From a virus (lineage: Duplodnaviria > Caudoviricetes): a DNA stretch of 40,161 nt. Position numbers and translations under genes: made by a program. The notes beneath the pieces are model-generated. The model was not told where the DNA came from. It ran no database searches and was given only the letters and a program-made list of their open reading frames with translations. Where the stretch lies: positions 1 to 40,161 of IMG/VR virus record IMGVR_UViG_3300017912_002988. The stretch is one strand, 5' to 3'. Each line of letters begins with the position of its first letter. Positions within the stretch are counted from its first letter, which is position 1. Shown piece by piece: positions 6,386 to 15,676 of this stretch.

Positions 6386-6908
6386 AAAGACTACTGTCAA
6401 ATCCACGTCAAGTAAACCCAAAACGGTGGCAGTCAAAAAGAAAGAACTGCCACCCAATCCTATGGTCCATGAACTTCTGGAAGCAGTTGATTCCGAAAGA
6501 GTCAAAACCAAAAAAATCTCCCTACTCAAGCAACATGGAGATAATTCTGTTAAGAGTCTCTTTATTTGGAACTTTGATGAAACTGTAGTTTCTATGCTTC
6601 CAGAAGGTGATGTTCCTTATCAACCAGTAGATAGTGATCAAATCACCAATAGAGAAGCTGGAGTAGCAAATCGTAGCACTATTCGTGCTAAAGCTGATAT
6701 GTTCTATAATTTCGTAAAAGGTGGTAACGATGGGCTGAATAAGATCAAGAGAGAGTCTATGTTCATTGGTCTTCTTGAGACTTTACATCCATCAGAAGCT
6801 GATTTGCTCATTCTCGTTAAGGATAAACTTCTCGGAACCAAATATAAAATTACTAAAGAGTTGGTATCGGAAGCATATCCAGATATTCAGTGGGGAGGGC
6901 GTAGTTGA
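6348..6908 (+). CDS. Conserved T4-like cyanophage hypothetical protein
   Basis: ORF track; WNFDETVVSMLPEGDVPY, RESMFIGLLETLHP; start uncertain. Confidence 0.7.
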   Translation: MTMTTKKPTTRIRKTTVKSTSSKPKTVAVKKKELPPNPMVHELLEAVDSERVKTKKISLLKQHGDNSVKSLFIWNFDETVVSMLPEGDVPYQPVDSDQITNREAGVANRSTIRAKADMFYNFVKGGNDGLNKIKRESMFIGLLETLHPSEADLLILVKDKLLGTKYKITKELVSEAYPDIQWGGRS

Positions 6909-7162
6909 GTAAAATAACCATTCTCCATTCAAAATGTGATCCGAATCTCGCACAAGATAAAAATCTTCCATATACCGCTTACTTACTTGAATATGTTGAT
7001 GGTGAAACCACATGTTACGACATTGCAATGTCATCCAAAAAAGTAGATCTTTTTGATCATTACTGGGATACGTACAATACTGGGTTCAAAAATATGACCC
7101 AGACAGAAGGTAGAATCAATCCCAAACTTTATGGATACAGCAAAGAAAAAAAGAAAAAATGA
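6905..7162 (+). CDS. Hypothetical protein
   Basis: ORF track, TTG start near the previous stop. Confidence 0.65.
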   Translation: MSKITILHSKCDPNLAQDKNLPYTAYLLEYVDGETTCYDIAMSSKKVDLFDHYWDTYNTGFKNMTQTEGRINPKLYGYSKEKKKK

Positions 7163-7290
7163 CGGAAGAAAACCCCAAAGTAAAAGTAAGTGTTAATATG
7201 GATGAGTTTAATAAACTCATGAAGACTTACAAAAAACAAAAAAAGTATCTCAAATCAAACATTTTTGAAATTACCCGACTTACAAAATGA
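7159..7290 (+). CDS. Hypothetical protein (43 aa)
   Basis: MTEENPKVKVSVNMDEFNKLMKTYKKQKKYLKSNIFEITRLTK; ATGA overlaps at both ends. Confidence 0.6.
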   Translation: MTEENPKVKVSVNMDEFNKLMKTYKKQKKYLKSNIFEITRLTK

Positions 7291-7766
7291 ATTACGAAAT
7301 CATTGACAATTTTTTGCCTGAAGAGGTATATAAGACTGTCAATGAGGTAATGTTGGGAAAAGAAATAGATTGGAATTTTTGCCGTGGAGTAAACAGACCC
7401 GATGATGGGTTCTATCAGTTTACCCACGTTTTTTATTCTAATCATCAACCAGTAAGTAGATTTTACCCACTGATTCAACCCATTATTGATCAAATTAATC
7501 CAGTTGCTATTGTTAGGGTAAAAGCTAATATGCATGTTCAACAACCAGAAGTAATCCAACACGATTTTCATCATGACGTTGACAATTGCATTACAGCAAT
7601 ATACTATGTAAATACAAATAACGGAAAAACCGTTTTTGAAAATGGCATGGAGGTTGATAGTGTAGGTAACCGTCTCCTTGTTTTTGATTCAAATGAGAAT
7701 CATACGGGAACTACAAGCACTGACACCCTCCAAAGGTGTGTTATTAATTTCAACTATTTCGTTTAA
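7287..7766 (+). CDS. 2OG-Fe(II) oxygenase (prolyl-hydroxylase-like)
   Basis: IIDNFL...FHHD...TAIYYVN..NG.T...NRLLVFD...H......RCVINFN. Confidence 0.8.
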   Translation: MNYEIIDNFLPEEVYKTVNEVMLGKEIDWNFCRGVNRPDDGFYQFTHVFYSNHQPVSRFYPLIQPIIDQINPVAIVRVKANMHVQQPEVIQHDFHHDVDNCITAIYYVNTNNGKTVFENGMEVDSVGNRLLVFDSNENHTGTTSTDTLQRCVINFNYFV

Positions 7767-7779
7767 TGTGGTATAATCT

Positions 7780-7947
7780 ATGAACAAAGATCGACTAAAA
7801 CTTATCATAAAGAATTTAGAACTTCTTGTTAATGCTCTTAAATCCGAAGTCTATTCGGATGTAGAGTCTTACACTACTTCTTCCGAAGATCAAAAATCAC
7901 AATTTTTTTATCAAGGTAGAGATGATGACGACGGCTATCCTGATTGA
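7780..7947 (+). CDS. Hypothetical protein (55 aa)
   Basis: MNKDRLKLIIKNLELLVNALKSEVYSDVESY...DDDDGYPD. Confidence 0.65.
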   Translation: MNKDRLKLIIKNLELLVNALKSEVYSDVESYTTSSEDQKSQFFYQGRDDDDGYPD

Positions 7948-7950
7948 TTA

Positions 7951-8589
7951 ATGAACAGCGCAAAACTTATCACTATTACTCCTGATGCGGAGAAACTCAT
8001 GGCTTATGTTGCCAGAGTATCAAATCCAGCTAATCAGGACAATGAAAACTATGCAGGTCTCCTTCGATACTGCATCAAACACAATCATTGGAGTGTGTTT
8101 GAACAGAGTTCTATGACTCTTGAACTTGAGACTACACGAGCTATAGCGGCTCAAGTGCTGAGGCACCGTTCGTTCACATATCAAGAGTTTTCGCAACGGT
8201 ATGCTAGTACTCAACTTCTTTCCCAAGATATTCCTGTACCCGATCTTCGTCGGCAAGATACCAAAAATAGACAGAATTCTACAGATGATTTGGACCTTCT
8301 AACGAAAGTTCAACTTATGAGTAAGATTGAAGAACACTTCATGAAGAGTCGTGCTCTCTATGAAGAACTTCTTCTACATGACGTGGCTAAGGAATGTGCT
8401 CGCATGGTGATGCCGCTTGCTACGCCGACAAAAATCTACATGACGGGCACATGTCGTTCTTGGATTCATTATATCGAATTGCGGTCTGCAAATGGAACGC
8501 AAAAAGAACATATGGATCTTGCAGAGTCCTGCAAACAAATTTTTATTGAACAATTCCCCACAGTATCTGAAGCACTTGAATGGTCATGA
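7951..8589 (+). CDS. thyX: FAD-dependent thymidylate synthase
   Basis: HWSVFE, RHRSFTYQEFSQRY (RHRX7S motif). Confidence 0.95.
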   Translation: MNSAKLITITPDAEKLMAYVARVSNPANQDNENYAGLLRYCIKHNHWSVFEQSSMTLELETTRAIAAQVLRHRSFTYQEFSQRYASTQLLSQDIPVPDLRRQDTKNRQNSTDDLDLLTKVQLMSKIEEHFMKSRALYEELLLHDVAKECARMVMPLATPTKIYMTGTCRSWIHYIELRSANGTQKEHMDLAESCKQIFIEQFPTVSEALEWS

Positions 8590-8810
8590 AACTATTAACA
8601 CTTGAAGATTATCAAAAAGCAGGAGAAACTTTCTGGCCTAAGTATTGGTACATTGCCAAAGAACTTGGTGAAGATGCTAAATCGGAGGACATCTTGAAAG
8701 TTATGGAAGCAGTTGGTGGTGTTGCATTAAAACTTGCACTAGAAAAGAAAGATGGTCCTTTCGGATTTAATAAAGAGAAGGAGGAAGATGGCGACGTACC
8801 CAGTAGTTAA
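8586..8810 (+). CDS. Hypothetical protein
   Basis: ORF track (ATG 8586 or 8580). Confidence 0.65.
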   Translation: MKLLTLEDYQKAGETFWPKYWYIAKELGEDAKSEDILKVMEAVGGVALKLALEKKDGPFGFNKEKEEDGDVPSS

Positions 8811-9048
8811 CACAAAAACGGGGGAAACCCAAGAAGTGACGATGAGCGTTCACGATTGGGATCAGTGGAAAGAAGACAATCCCGAATGGATTCGAGACTT
8901 TTCAGACCCTAGTACTTGTCCTGGTGTTGGTGAAGTTGGTGAGTGGCAAGATAAACTCGTCAATAAGCACCCAGGTTGGAACGAAGTTCTCAAGAAATCA
9001 GAGAAATCTGCTGGTATCCGAGGACGAAGGAATAAACTATCGCGATAG
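8788..9048 (+). CDS. Conserved hypothetical protein upstream of phoH
   Basis: MATYPVVNTKTGE...; AGGAGG RBS before ATG 8788. Confidence 0.7.
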   Translation: MATYPVVNTKTGETQEVTMSVHDWDQWKEDNPEWIRDFSDPSTCPGVGEVGEWQDKLVNKHPGWNEVLKKSEKSAGIRGRRNKLSR

Positions 9049-9052
9049 AATT

Positions 9053-9811
9053 ATGGCACGAAGGAAGAGAAATCAAGATGATCCCATTGGAGTGGGAATG
9101 ACGGCTAAACAAATGCGTCGTCGCAAACCAATCAATGCCGACATGATGGTTGACATTGAACCTCTTACTGCTAATCAGAAGATTCTTTTTGATCATTATG
9201 GTGAAGGTAAGAACATCTTTGCATATGGTGCTGCTGGTACTGGTAAGACATTTATTAGTTTATTCAAAGCACTTAGAGATGTACTGGACGAAAATACTCC
9301 ATATGAGAAACTCTATATCGTAAGATCTTTAGTTTCTACCAGAGAGATTGGATTTCTCCCAGGAGACCATGACGATAAGTCTGCCTTGTATCAGATCCCA
9401 TATAAGAATATGGTTCGATACATGTTCGAGTTACCTACAGACGCAGACTTTGAAATGCTCTATGGCAATTTGAAAACTCAAGAGACTATTTCTTTCTGGA
9501 GCACTTCTTTTATTCGTGGTACAACCATGGATAATTGTATTGTGTTAGTAGATGAAATGCAAAACTTGAATTTTCATGAATTAGATAGTATAATTACAAG
9601 AGTTGGTGATAACTGCAAAATTATTTTTTGTGGGGACTCCACACAGACTGATCTTACCAAATCGTATGAGCGAAATGGAATTCTAGATTTCAAAAAAATT
9701 ATTGAAGTTATGGAAGAAGATTTCGGAGTTATTGAATTTGATCTTGATGATATTGTTCGTTCTGGTCTTGTTAGGAACTATCTGGTTACTAAATTAGCAC
9801 TTGCATTGTAA
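9053..9811 (+). CDS. phoH: PhoH-family ATPase
   Basis: GAAGTGKT Walker A, REIGFLPG, FIRGTT, DEMQN, GDSTQTDL, DIVRSGLV. Confidence 0.95.
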   Translation: MARRKRNQDDPIGVGMTAKQMRRRKPINADMMVDIEPLTANQKILFDHYGEGKNIFAYGAAGTGKTFISLFKALRDVLDENTPYEKLYIVRSLVSTREIGFLPGDHDDKSALYQIPYKNMVRYMFELPTDADFEMLYGNLKTQETISFWSTSFIRGTTMDNCIVLVDEMQNLNFHELDSIITRVGDNCKIIFCGDSTQTDLTKSYERNGILDFKKIIEVMEEDFGVIEFDLDDIVRSGLVRNYLVTKLALAL

Positions 9812-10488
9812 TGTTTGTTTATCTAAACACTCTTGGTGATAGTGATATTGAAGCTGTCAATATTGATGGAGTTAGATATTATTATCCGCCTGGGTGTAGT
9901 GGTCCTTATCCTTCGATCACATCCGTAACTAGTTTTTATAATAGGAAAGTTTTCCAAGATTGGAGACGACGAGTTGGGGAAGAGGAAGCCAACAAAGTAA
10001 CCACAGTTGCAACTCGAAGAGGAACAGATTTTCATGAAGTTTGTGAACAGTATATAAAAAATGTTCCTCTTTCTGAAATCGATATGTTGCCTACCACAAA
10101 GGCTTTATTTCTTACTGCAAAGGATAAAATAGACAACATAAATAATATACACGCAATAGAAAAAGCTCTATACAGCAATTATCTTGGTATTGCTGGCAGA
10201 GTTGACTGCATCGCGGAGTATAATGGAGAGTTGTCCATTATCGATTTCAAGACATCAAAGAAACCAAAACCCGAAAAGTGGATTGAACAGTATTTTGTTC
10301 AAGAAACCGCTTATGCCTGCATGTATTTTGAAATGACAGGTATCCCAGTTAAGAAGATTGTCACCATTATGGCGGCAGAAAATGGAGAATGTGTAGTTTA
10401 TGAAAAACGGAACAAAAGTGACTATATTAAACTTCTTACCAAATATATCAAAGAATTCGTCACATACAAACTCGGAGAGTATGGATAA
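9811..10488 (+). CDS. PD-(D/E)XK exonuclease
   Basis: YPSITSV, RGTDFH, AGRVDC...IIDFKTS, QETAY. Confidence 0.85.
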   Translation: MFVYLNTLGDSDIEAVNIDGVRYYYPPGCSGPYPSITSVTSFYNRKVFQDWRRRVGEEEANKVTTVATRRGTDFHEVCEQYIKNVPLSEIDMLPTTKALFLTAKDKIDNINNIHAIEKALYSNYLGIAGRVDCIAEYNGELSIIDFKTSKKPKPEKWIEQYFVQETAYACMYFEMTGIPVKKIVTIMAAENGECVVYEKRNKSDYIKLLTKYIKEFVTYKLGEYG

Positions 10489-10735
10489 AGAAGTCAACGA
10501 TCTATTGAAAGCAAAGTTTTTGTGTCAAACAAAATTTACTCAAGATATCGAAAAATTAGTTCAGTCTTCCGATCTGAATTATATTGAAGCAATTATCACT
10601 TATTGCGAAGAAAACAATATAGAGTTGGAGTCAACAAGCAAACTGATTTCAAAACCACTCAAAGAAAAACTAAAAGTTGAGGCTATGGATCTCAACTATC
10701 TGAAGAAAACCACTAGATCTCGTCTGCCCCTCTGA
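10481..10735 (+). CDS. gp33 late transcription coactivator
   Basis: YIEAI..YCEEN.IE...KLISKPLKEKLKVEA..LNYL; position before gp59-gp32; GGAGAG RBS. Confidence 0.85.
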   Translation: MDKEVNDLLKAKFLCQTKFTQDIEKLVQSSDLNYIEAIITYCEENNIELESTSKLISKPLKEKLKVEAMDLNYLKKTTRSRLPL

Positions 10736-11328
10736 TGGAAGCAGTCGAGGTCTATCAAACTTATTTGGCTTTTAAAAACCACTTTAGTAAGGAGACTTAC
10801 GACTTCTTTAAGTACAAAGGTAGAGTATCTGCATCTAAAGCTGGATTTAATAAAAGAAAGGATAAGTATTTCTTTGAACGGATGTCAAGAAAAAGATCTG
10901 ATGCCGAGATCAGAGATTTTTTCCTGGCAAATTTTAGTCAATCTTCCGATCCATCTAAACTGTGGATCGGAGAGATTATAAAATCGGGTGAAGGTGTCTA
11001 TACATCTTGGGTGTTTAGGCAAAAAACTTTAATGTCCACATTTCAGGTAGAATCTGAAGTGTTTTTGAGTCATAACTTCAACAACATTTTCAAAATTAAG
11101 GGATCCTCTCATCCCGATCTTCTAAGAAAACACATACAGGGTGTGCTTTCTATCGAAACTATGGTAATATTAGATTCGATCTTACAGTTTACTCACGAAT
11201 ACGATCAAAAACTCTTTGATCCAGTGTGGGAAACCGTAAGTTTTAAAATTAGAAAGTATAAACCCTTTCTAAATATTGATGTCAAAGACTGCAAGCGAAT
11301 TTTAAGGGAGACAGTTAGTTGTGAGTGA
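10735..11328 (+). CDS. gp59 helicase loader
   Basis: VYQTYLAFKNHF...YDFFKYKG...FNKRKDKYFF; synteny. Confidence 0.85.
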   Translation: MEAVEVYQTYLAFKNHFSKETYDFFKYKGRVSASKAGFNKRKDKYFFERMSRKRSDAEIRDFFLANFSQSSDPSKLWIGEIIKSGEGVYTSWVFRQKTLMSTFQVESEVFLSHNFNNIFKIKGSSHPDLLRKHIQGVLSIETMVILDSILQFTHEYDQKLFDPVWETVSFKIRKYKPFLNIDVKDCKRILRETVSCE

Positions 11329-11662
11329 TTTTTTCGATTCCCCAGTTGTTCGTTCCTCTATTGCTGAGATCAATGAACTTCAAGAAGAATTGATTAGTGG
11401 AATGATGAAACGTGGGTTCAATAAACCCATAGATTATGATGAAGGAATGGAACAACTCAGGGTTATGAGATCCATTCTTGAAAAACAAAAAAACTTTATG
11501 TTTAGATTGAAACTGTCTGATGATCCTCAAGCACTTGAAATGAAGAATGCAATTCTTGATTCTGCTAAGATGCTTGGTATGAGAGATGACCAAGACATTG
11601 AAGAGTTCTTTGTAGATCTCGAACAAACCCTTGATAGACTCGAAAAAGGTCTTGACGAATAA
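11321..11662 (+). CDS. Conserved hypothetical protein (DUF1825-like)
   Basis: FFDSPVV...LEKQ..FMFRLKLSDDPQA. Confidence 0.65.
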   Translation: MSDFFDSPVVRSSIAEINELQEELISGMMKRGFNKPIDYDEGMEQLRVMRSILEKQKNFMFRLKLSDDPQALEMKNAILDSAKMLGMRDDQDIEEFFVDLEQTLDRLEKGLDE

Positions 11663-11680
11663 CCCAAACACACGTATACT
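11652..11680 (+). promoter_or_regulatory. sigma70-type promoter for gp32
   Basis: TTGACG, 17 bp spacer, TATACT. Confidence 0.75.
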
Positions 11681-11681
11681 T

Positions 11682-11715
11682 AATACGTACAATACACACA
11701 ATACGAACAAATACG
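11682..11715 (+). repeat. Four AATAC-containing ~9-nt repeats in the gp32 leader
   Basis: AATACGTAC AATACACAC AATACGAAC AAATACG, then GGAG RBS. Confidence 0.7.
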
Positions 11716-11725
11716 GAGAACACAC

Positions 11726-12622
11726 ATGTCCTTTGCCGATCTGAAAAAACAATCCCGCGCTGGATCTCTCACCAATAAACTGATTAAGAAGGTGGAGAAA
11801 CTGAATGAAAAGCGTAGTAATGATGATGATCGTTTTTGGAAACCAACTGTAGATAAGGCTGGTAACGGCTATGCAGTAATTCGTTTCCTTCCTGCACATT
11901 CCAACTGTGAACTTCCCTGGAATCAAGTCTGGTCTCACGCTTTCCAAGGTCCTGGTGGATGGTATATTGAAAACTCCTTGACCACCATTGGAAAGGATGA
12001 TCCCGTTGGAGAACTGAACCGCAGTCTGTGGAACAGTGGCAATGATGCTGATAAAGAAATCGCACGTAAACAGAAACGTAAACTGTCCTACTACGCTAAT
12101 GTTTATGTGGTTAAGGATGCTGCCAATCCCGAAAACGAAGGACAAGTTAAACTTTACAAATTTGGCAAAAAGATCTTTGATAAGATCACCGCAGCAATGC
12201 AACCCGAGTTTGAGGATGAAGATCCTATCAATCCTTTTGATTTCTGGAAGGGTGCTAACTTCAAATTGAAGATCAAACAGGTTGCTGGTTATTGGAACTA
12301 TGATTCTTCTGAGTTTGGTCGTGTCGAACCTCTAATGGATGACGATGATCAACTAGAAGAAATTTATAACAAGGTTGTTGATCTTAATGAGTTTACTTCC
12401 GATGACAAGTTCAAAACCTATGATGCTCTCAAAAAGCGTCTAGATGCAGTTCTTGGACGTAAACAAAAACTTAATGCTCCAGAACCTGAAGTTGAAGAAG
12501 AGGAAACTCTAGAAGATCTTAGTGAAGGACGTGGAACTACTTCTTCTGCAGAAGAATCGGAAATCGTAGATGAGGACGCAGATGATGCTCTCTCATACTT
12601 CCAAAAACTTGCAGAAGACTGA
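11726..12622 (+). CDS. gp32 single-stranded DNA-binding protein
   Basis: DDRFWKP..DKAGNGYAVIRFLP, WYIENSLTT, KFGKKIFDKI, acidic C-terminus. Confidence 0.95.
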   Translation: MSFADLKKQSRAGSLTNKLIKKVEKLNEKRSNDDDRFWKPTVDKAGNGYAVIRFLPAHSNCELPWNQVWSHAFQGPGGWYIENSLTTIGKDDPVGELNRSLWNSGNDADKEIARKQKRKLSYYANVYVVKDAANPENEGQVKLYKFGKKIFDKITAAMQPEFEDEDPINPFDFWKGANFKLKIKQVAGYWNYDSSEFGRVEPLMDDDDQLEEIYNKVVDLNEFTSDDKFKTYDALKKRLDAVLGRKQKLNAPEPEVEEEETLEDLSEGRGTTSSAEESEIVDEDADDALSYFQKLAED

Positions 12623-12637
12623 TAAGTCTGGTATAAT
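12609..12637 (+). promoter_or_regulatory. sigma70-type promoter
   Basis: TTGCAG, 17 bp spacer, TATAAT with extended -10 TG. Confidence 0.65.
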
Positions 12638-12664
12638 GAGGGGGTCCTAAGACCCTCTTTTTTT
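12638..12664 (+). terminator. Rho-independent terminator after gp32
   Basis: GAGGGGGTC-CTAA-GACCCTC followed by T7. Confidence 0.75.
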
Positions 12665-13336
12665 ATGTGGAAATATATTATATCTGGACTTATTCTTAGT
12701 GCCTCACATATCCCTTCAGTTGAAGCTAATCCAACGAAGGGATATTATACATATGATGCTATGGGTTGTATGTTGTTGCGGGAGTGTACTGATGGAGTCG
12801 ATAAAGTCGAAAGTATCGCAACTATTGCTGATCAGTATCCTGATAGTGATTTTGATTTTGTTACTAACGAGTTCAACACAATGCTCGTTGCCCTTGATAA
12901 AGTCGGAGTTAACGTGTTTCTAGCAGATGAGAAGTATTTTCCTGTAGGTCATCGTGGAGTTTATCATACTGTAGGAAATAATTTCTTTCTGAATAAAGCA
13001 TTCATGCATCGTCCTGGTACGCTTATGAGTGTAATGCGTCATGAGGGATGGCACGCTGCACAAGATTGTATGGCAGGTACGATTAAGAACAATATGATTG
13101 CTATTATTCACAATGAGGAAGACGTGCCTGAGTTGTGGCAAGAGATGGCACGGAGAGCATATGCATTCCAACCTGCTGCTATACCCTGGGAGAAAGAAGC
13201 AACTTGGGCAGGAAAGACCGAAGGTATGACGATGAAAGCATTGCAATCATGTGCTGACGGCAATATGTGGGAAGTATATGAACCAACACCAAAGACTAGA
13301 GAATGGTTGATGGAAAATGGATTTATGACCCAGTGA
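12665..13336 (+). CDS. Signal-peptide protein with HExxH motif (putative zinc metallopeptidase)
   Basis: Signal-like N-terminus; MRHEGWHAAQDC; later E-x-E-A. Confidence 0.65.
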   Translation: MWKYIISGLILSASHIPSVEANPTKGYYTYDAMGCMLLRECTDGVDKVESIATIADQYPDSDFDFVTNEFNTMLVALDKVGVNVFLADEKYFPVGHRGVYHTVGNNFFLNKAFMHRPGTLMSVMRHEGWHAAQDCMAGTIKNNMIAIIHNEEDVPELWQEMARRAYAFQPAAIPWEKEATWAGKTEGMTMKALQSCADGNMWEVYEPTPKTREWLMENGFMTQ

Positions 13337-14084
13337 GTCTAGTATTATATACTGATTTGAGATTACTTGATAGTGTTTCGGAAGATTTTATGTCATAAGC
13401 CATAATTTTTTCAATATCACTAACAAATGTTGGAATGTATGATTTTTTAGGAAGTACAATGATTCTCTTGTTATCATTTATTTGAGACTCAAATTCAAAA
13501 TTTGTTATTTCTCTAATTTTGACATTTTTAAGAATATTTCCGTTTTCGTCCCGTGCAGTGCCATTGTCGTCAACAGTTGTAGCATTAGGTATCTTTGATG
13601 CGATATCACTATATGTAATTTCTTGTTCCCTTCCTGGATTTCTTTCCAAATAAGACATATCAAAATTTGAATCTACAATTAATCCTGCTGGAATAACTAT
13701 TCTAGAGTAGTCATCCAATTGCTCTGATGTTTCATAATGATGAATTTCTCCAATTTTTTCTTCTGAACCATACTTTTCTATCAAATATTTTCTAAATGTT
13801 AGATCATCCATAGGCCATTCATTACGAATGTCAATGATATTATTTGCTACTAAGATAACCCAATCATACCTTGAATCACCATAATAAGTTTCCGCTAACT
13901 GATCTGGTCTCGTATCGCCAGGAATGTAAAAGTCATCAAAAGCATAGACCACGGAAGCCTGGTCTTCCCGTACTTTTACTCTCCTAAAAATGTTTTTTAC
14001 ATCATTTGTTTCTTGAATAGATCTTCTATCAAGAGATCTGGAAAGATATCTTATGTTTGGTAAGTATGAGAAATAACCAGCCAT
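13323..14084 (-). CDS. gp53 baseplate wedge protein
   Basis: YFSYLPN, RPDQLA..YYGD...DWVILVANNI..IRNEWP, IHHYET. Confidence 0.85.
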   Translation of the reverse strand: MAGYFSYLPNIRYLSRSLDRRSIQETNDVKNIFRRVKVREDQASVVYAFDDFYIPGDTRPDQLAETYYGDSRYDWVILVANNIIDIRNEWPMDDLTFRKYLIEKYGSEEKIGEIHHYETSEQLDDYSRIVIPAGLIVDSNFDMSYLERNPGREQEITYSDIASKIPNATTVDDNGTARDENGNILKNVKIREITNFEFESQINDNKRIIVLPKKSYIPTFVSDIEKIMAYDIKSSETLSSNLKSVYNTRLTGS

Positions 14085-15676
14085 TAGTAACCTACGTCGA
14101 AAAGTCCGATTGGAGTTAAATCGCCCAATCCCCCTAAAGAAGAGTCTCTTTCTTCGGGAATATTTTGAGTATAATCAGTATTGTATATAGGTTCAAGTTC
14201 AGAAAATCTGAATGTTAGAAATACTTTAACAGGGGCCCCTTGGTCATAGGCCATCCATTGTTCACCAGGAGCGTAGTTAACGGAAAAACTCGTTAATGCA
14301 CATGGTTTAAATTTATTGACATGTTTATTCAGAGTACCACCTGTCAAATATTGTAATTGGAAAATGTTTGGTGTTCCCAAGAAGAACGAAGCTCCTCCTG
14401 CTTGTGGTCCTTGATTTACGTCTTCTGTTCCAGTTAATTTTCTTGGAGCTGACCATTGTTTAAAGCATCTAATCATTGTAGTGATAGCCTGAGTCTCTGC
14501 ATAACTTCTGGCAACTAAAGTGTAAGCAAACTCAAAAGTTCTCAGTGTCACACCCCTGAACATTAGTTCTGCGTTGCTGTTGGAGATGATTCCACCACCC
14601 CTTCCTAGAATTTGATCTGCACCAATATCAAATCCCAAATTTGCACCTAACATACTAACAATATTTGCTCCAAGTGCTCCTTTTATGGCCTCATTGCCAT
14701 TTCCTATCATGGATCCATAAACTGCCAATTTAGCTGCTGAACCAACTAGATTTCCGATTCCAAGTGGGTTTAATTTCTGGACCAGTCCAGTGGTCCCATA
14801 CGTAAACGCATTTTTAGCAATATGTTGAGCTGCTCCTAATTGAATATCTCCCATATAGTCAACTTCCCATCCCGCAGAAGTTCCATCTACAATTGAATTG
14901 GGCATTGGAAGTTTGATAGATCCTAATCTTTCTTTGAATGGACTAGTTCTTTTGACATTTCCTATGCTTGTTTCTTGGAGAGGAGCTGCATATGGAGGTT
15001 TGTATCTAAAACAAGTTATTTTCAGTGCATCCTGATTTGGGTTCATATTTTGTGGATATGTCAGGATATTACCAGGATACCCATTAAGAAGCGAAGCATC
15101 AAGATTAGTATCAAATTTTTTTCCTTGTAAACCATAATCTTTAACTAATCCAAATAAACCTTCAGTTCCAATAGTTGTTAAAAACTGTTGACCCTTTTGA
15201 AAAAAGTTGTCATCGGAGGAAGCGTCTGTTTCTTGATTAGATCCACCAAATAAACCCGTTACACCATCTATCGCACCCTGTATGCCACTTGCAGCTCCAG
15301 TGGGTGTTTGTCCTGGTGCTATGGGTTCAAGAACATCACTTCCAGCAATTTGCGCCCAACTAGGTATGGTTTTATTGGATTGAACAGCTAATTGTTTCGT
15401 TGCGATTTGTATTTTTCTATGAAAATCTTCTTGTTGTTGTTCTGTGAGTGTGGTGATCTGACTCTTAGACCACTCGCCATTTCTGTATAGAGGCTTGGCA
15501 CCTTTTAATTGTCTGCCTTCATTATCAATTGGAAACGCTCTTACTTGTGTAATTTTTTTGGTTGATTTTCCACGTTTATCTAGTGCATATTCGGCTATAA
15601 TCACATATTCCCTTGTCACACCATCAACTACTTGGGTAACAGGAGGTTCAATTTTTATTTTGTTTCGTGATGCCAT
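14084..15676 (-). CDS. gp48 baseplate tail-tube cap
   Basis: IKLPMP, NAELMFRGVTLRTFEF, PNIFQL, KFKPCALT..SVNYAP, FSELEPI. Confidence 0.8.
   Translation of the reverse strand: MASRNKIKIEPPVTQVVDGVTREYVIIAEYALDKRGKSTKKITQVRAFPIDNEGRQLKGAKPLYRNGEWSKSQITTLTEQQQEDFHRKIQIATKQLAVQSNKTIPSWAQIAGSDVLEPIAPGQTPTGAASGIQGAIDGVTGLFGGSNQETDASSDDNFFQKGQQFLTTIGTEGLFGLVKDYGLQGKKFDTNLDASLLNGYPGNILTYPQNMNPNQDALKITCFRYKPPYAAPLQETSIGNVKRTSPFKERLGSIKLPMPNSIVDGTSAGWEVDYMGDIQLGAAQHIAKNAFTYGTTGLVQKLNPLGIGNLVGSAAKLAVYGSMIGNGNEAIKGALGANIVSMLGANLGFDIGADQILGRGGGIISNSNAELMFRGVTLRTFEFAYTLVARSYAETQAITTMIRCFKQWSAPRKLTGTEDVNQGPQAGGASFFLGTPNIFQLQYLTGGTLNKHVNKFKPCALTSFSVNYAPGEQWMAYDQGAPVKVFLTFRFSELEPIYNTDYTQNIPEERDSSLGGLGDLTPIGLFDVGY

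Noticed and set aside
7749-7782. TTCAAC-17-TATAAT as a leaderless promoter for ORF 7780
   Set aside because: ATG is only 2 nt after the -10 box, upstream of the expected TSS; it might serve thyX but support is weak
9811-10488. Cas4-like nuclease as evidence of a CRISPR system
   Set aside because: No array or other cas genes; this exonuclease sits in the ordinary phoH-exo-gp33-gp59-gp32 block
11315-12202. 295-aa minus-strand ORF
   Set aside because: Antisense shadow of gp32 and its upstream gene; no recognisable motifs
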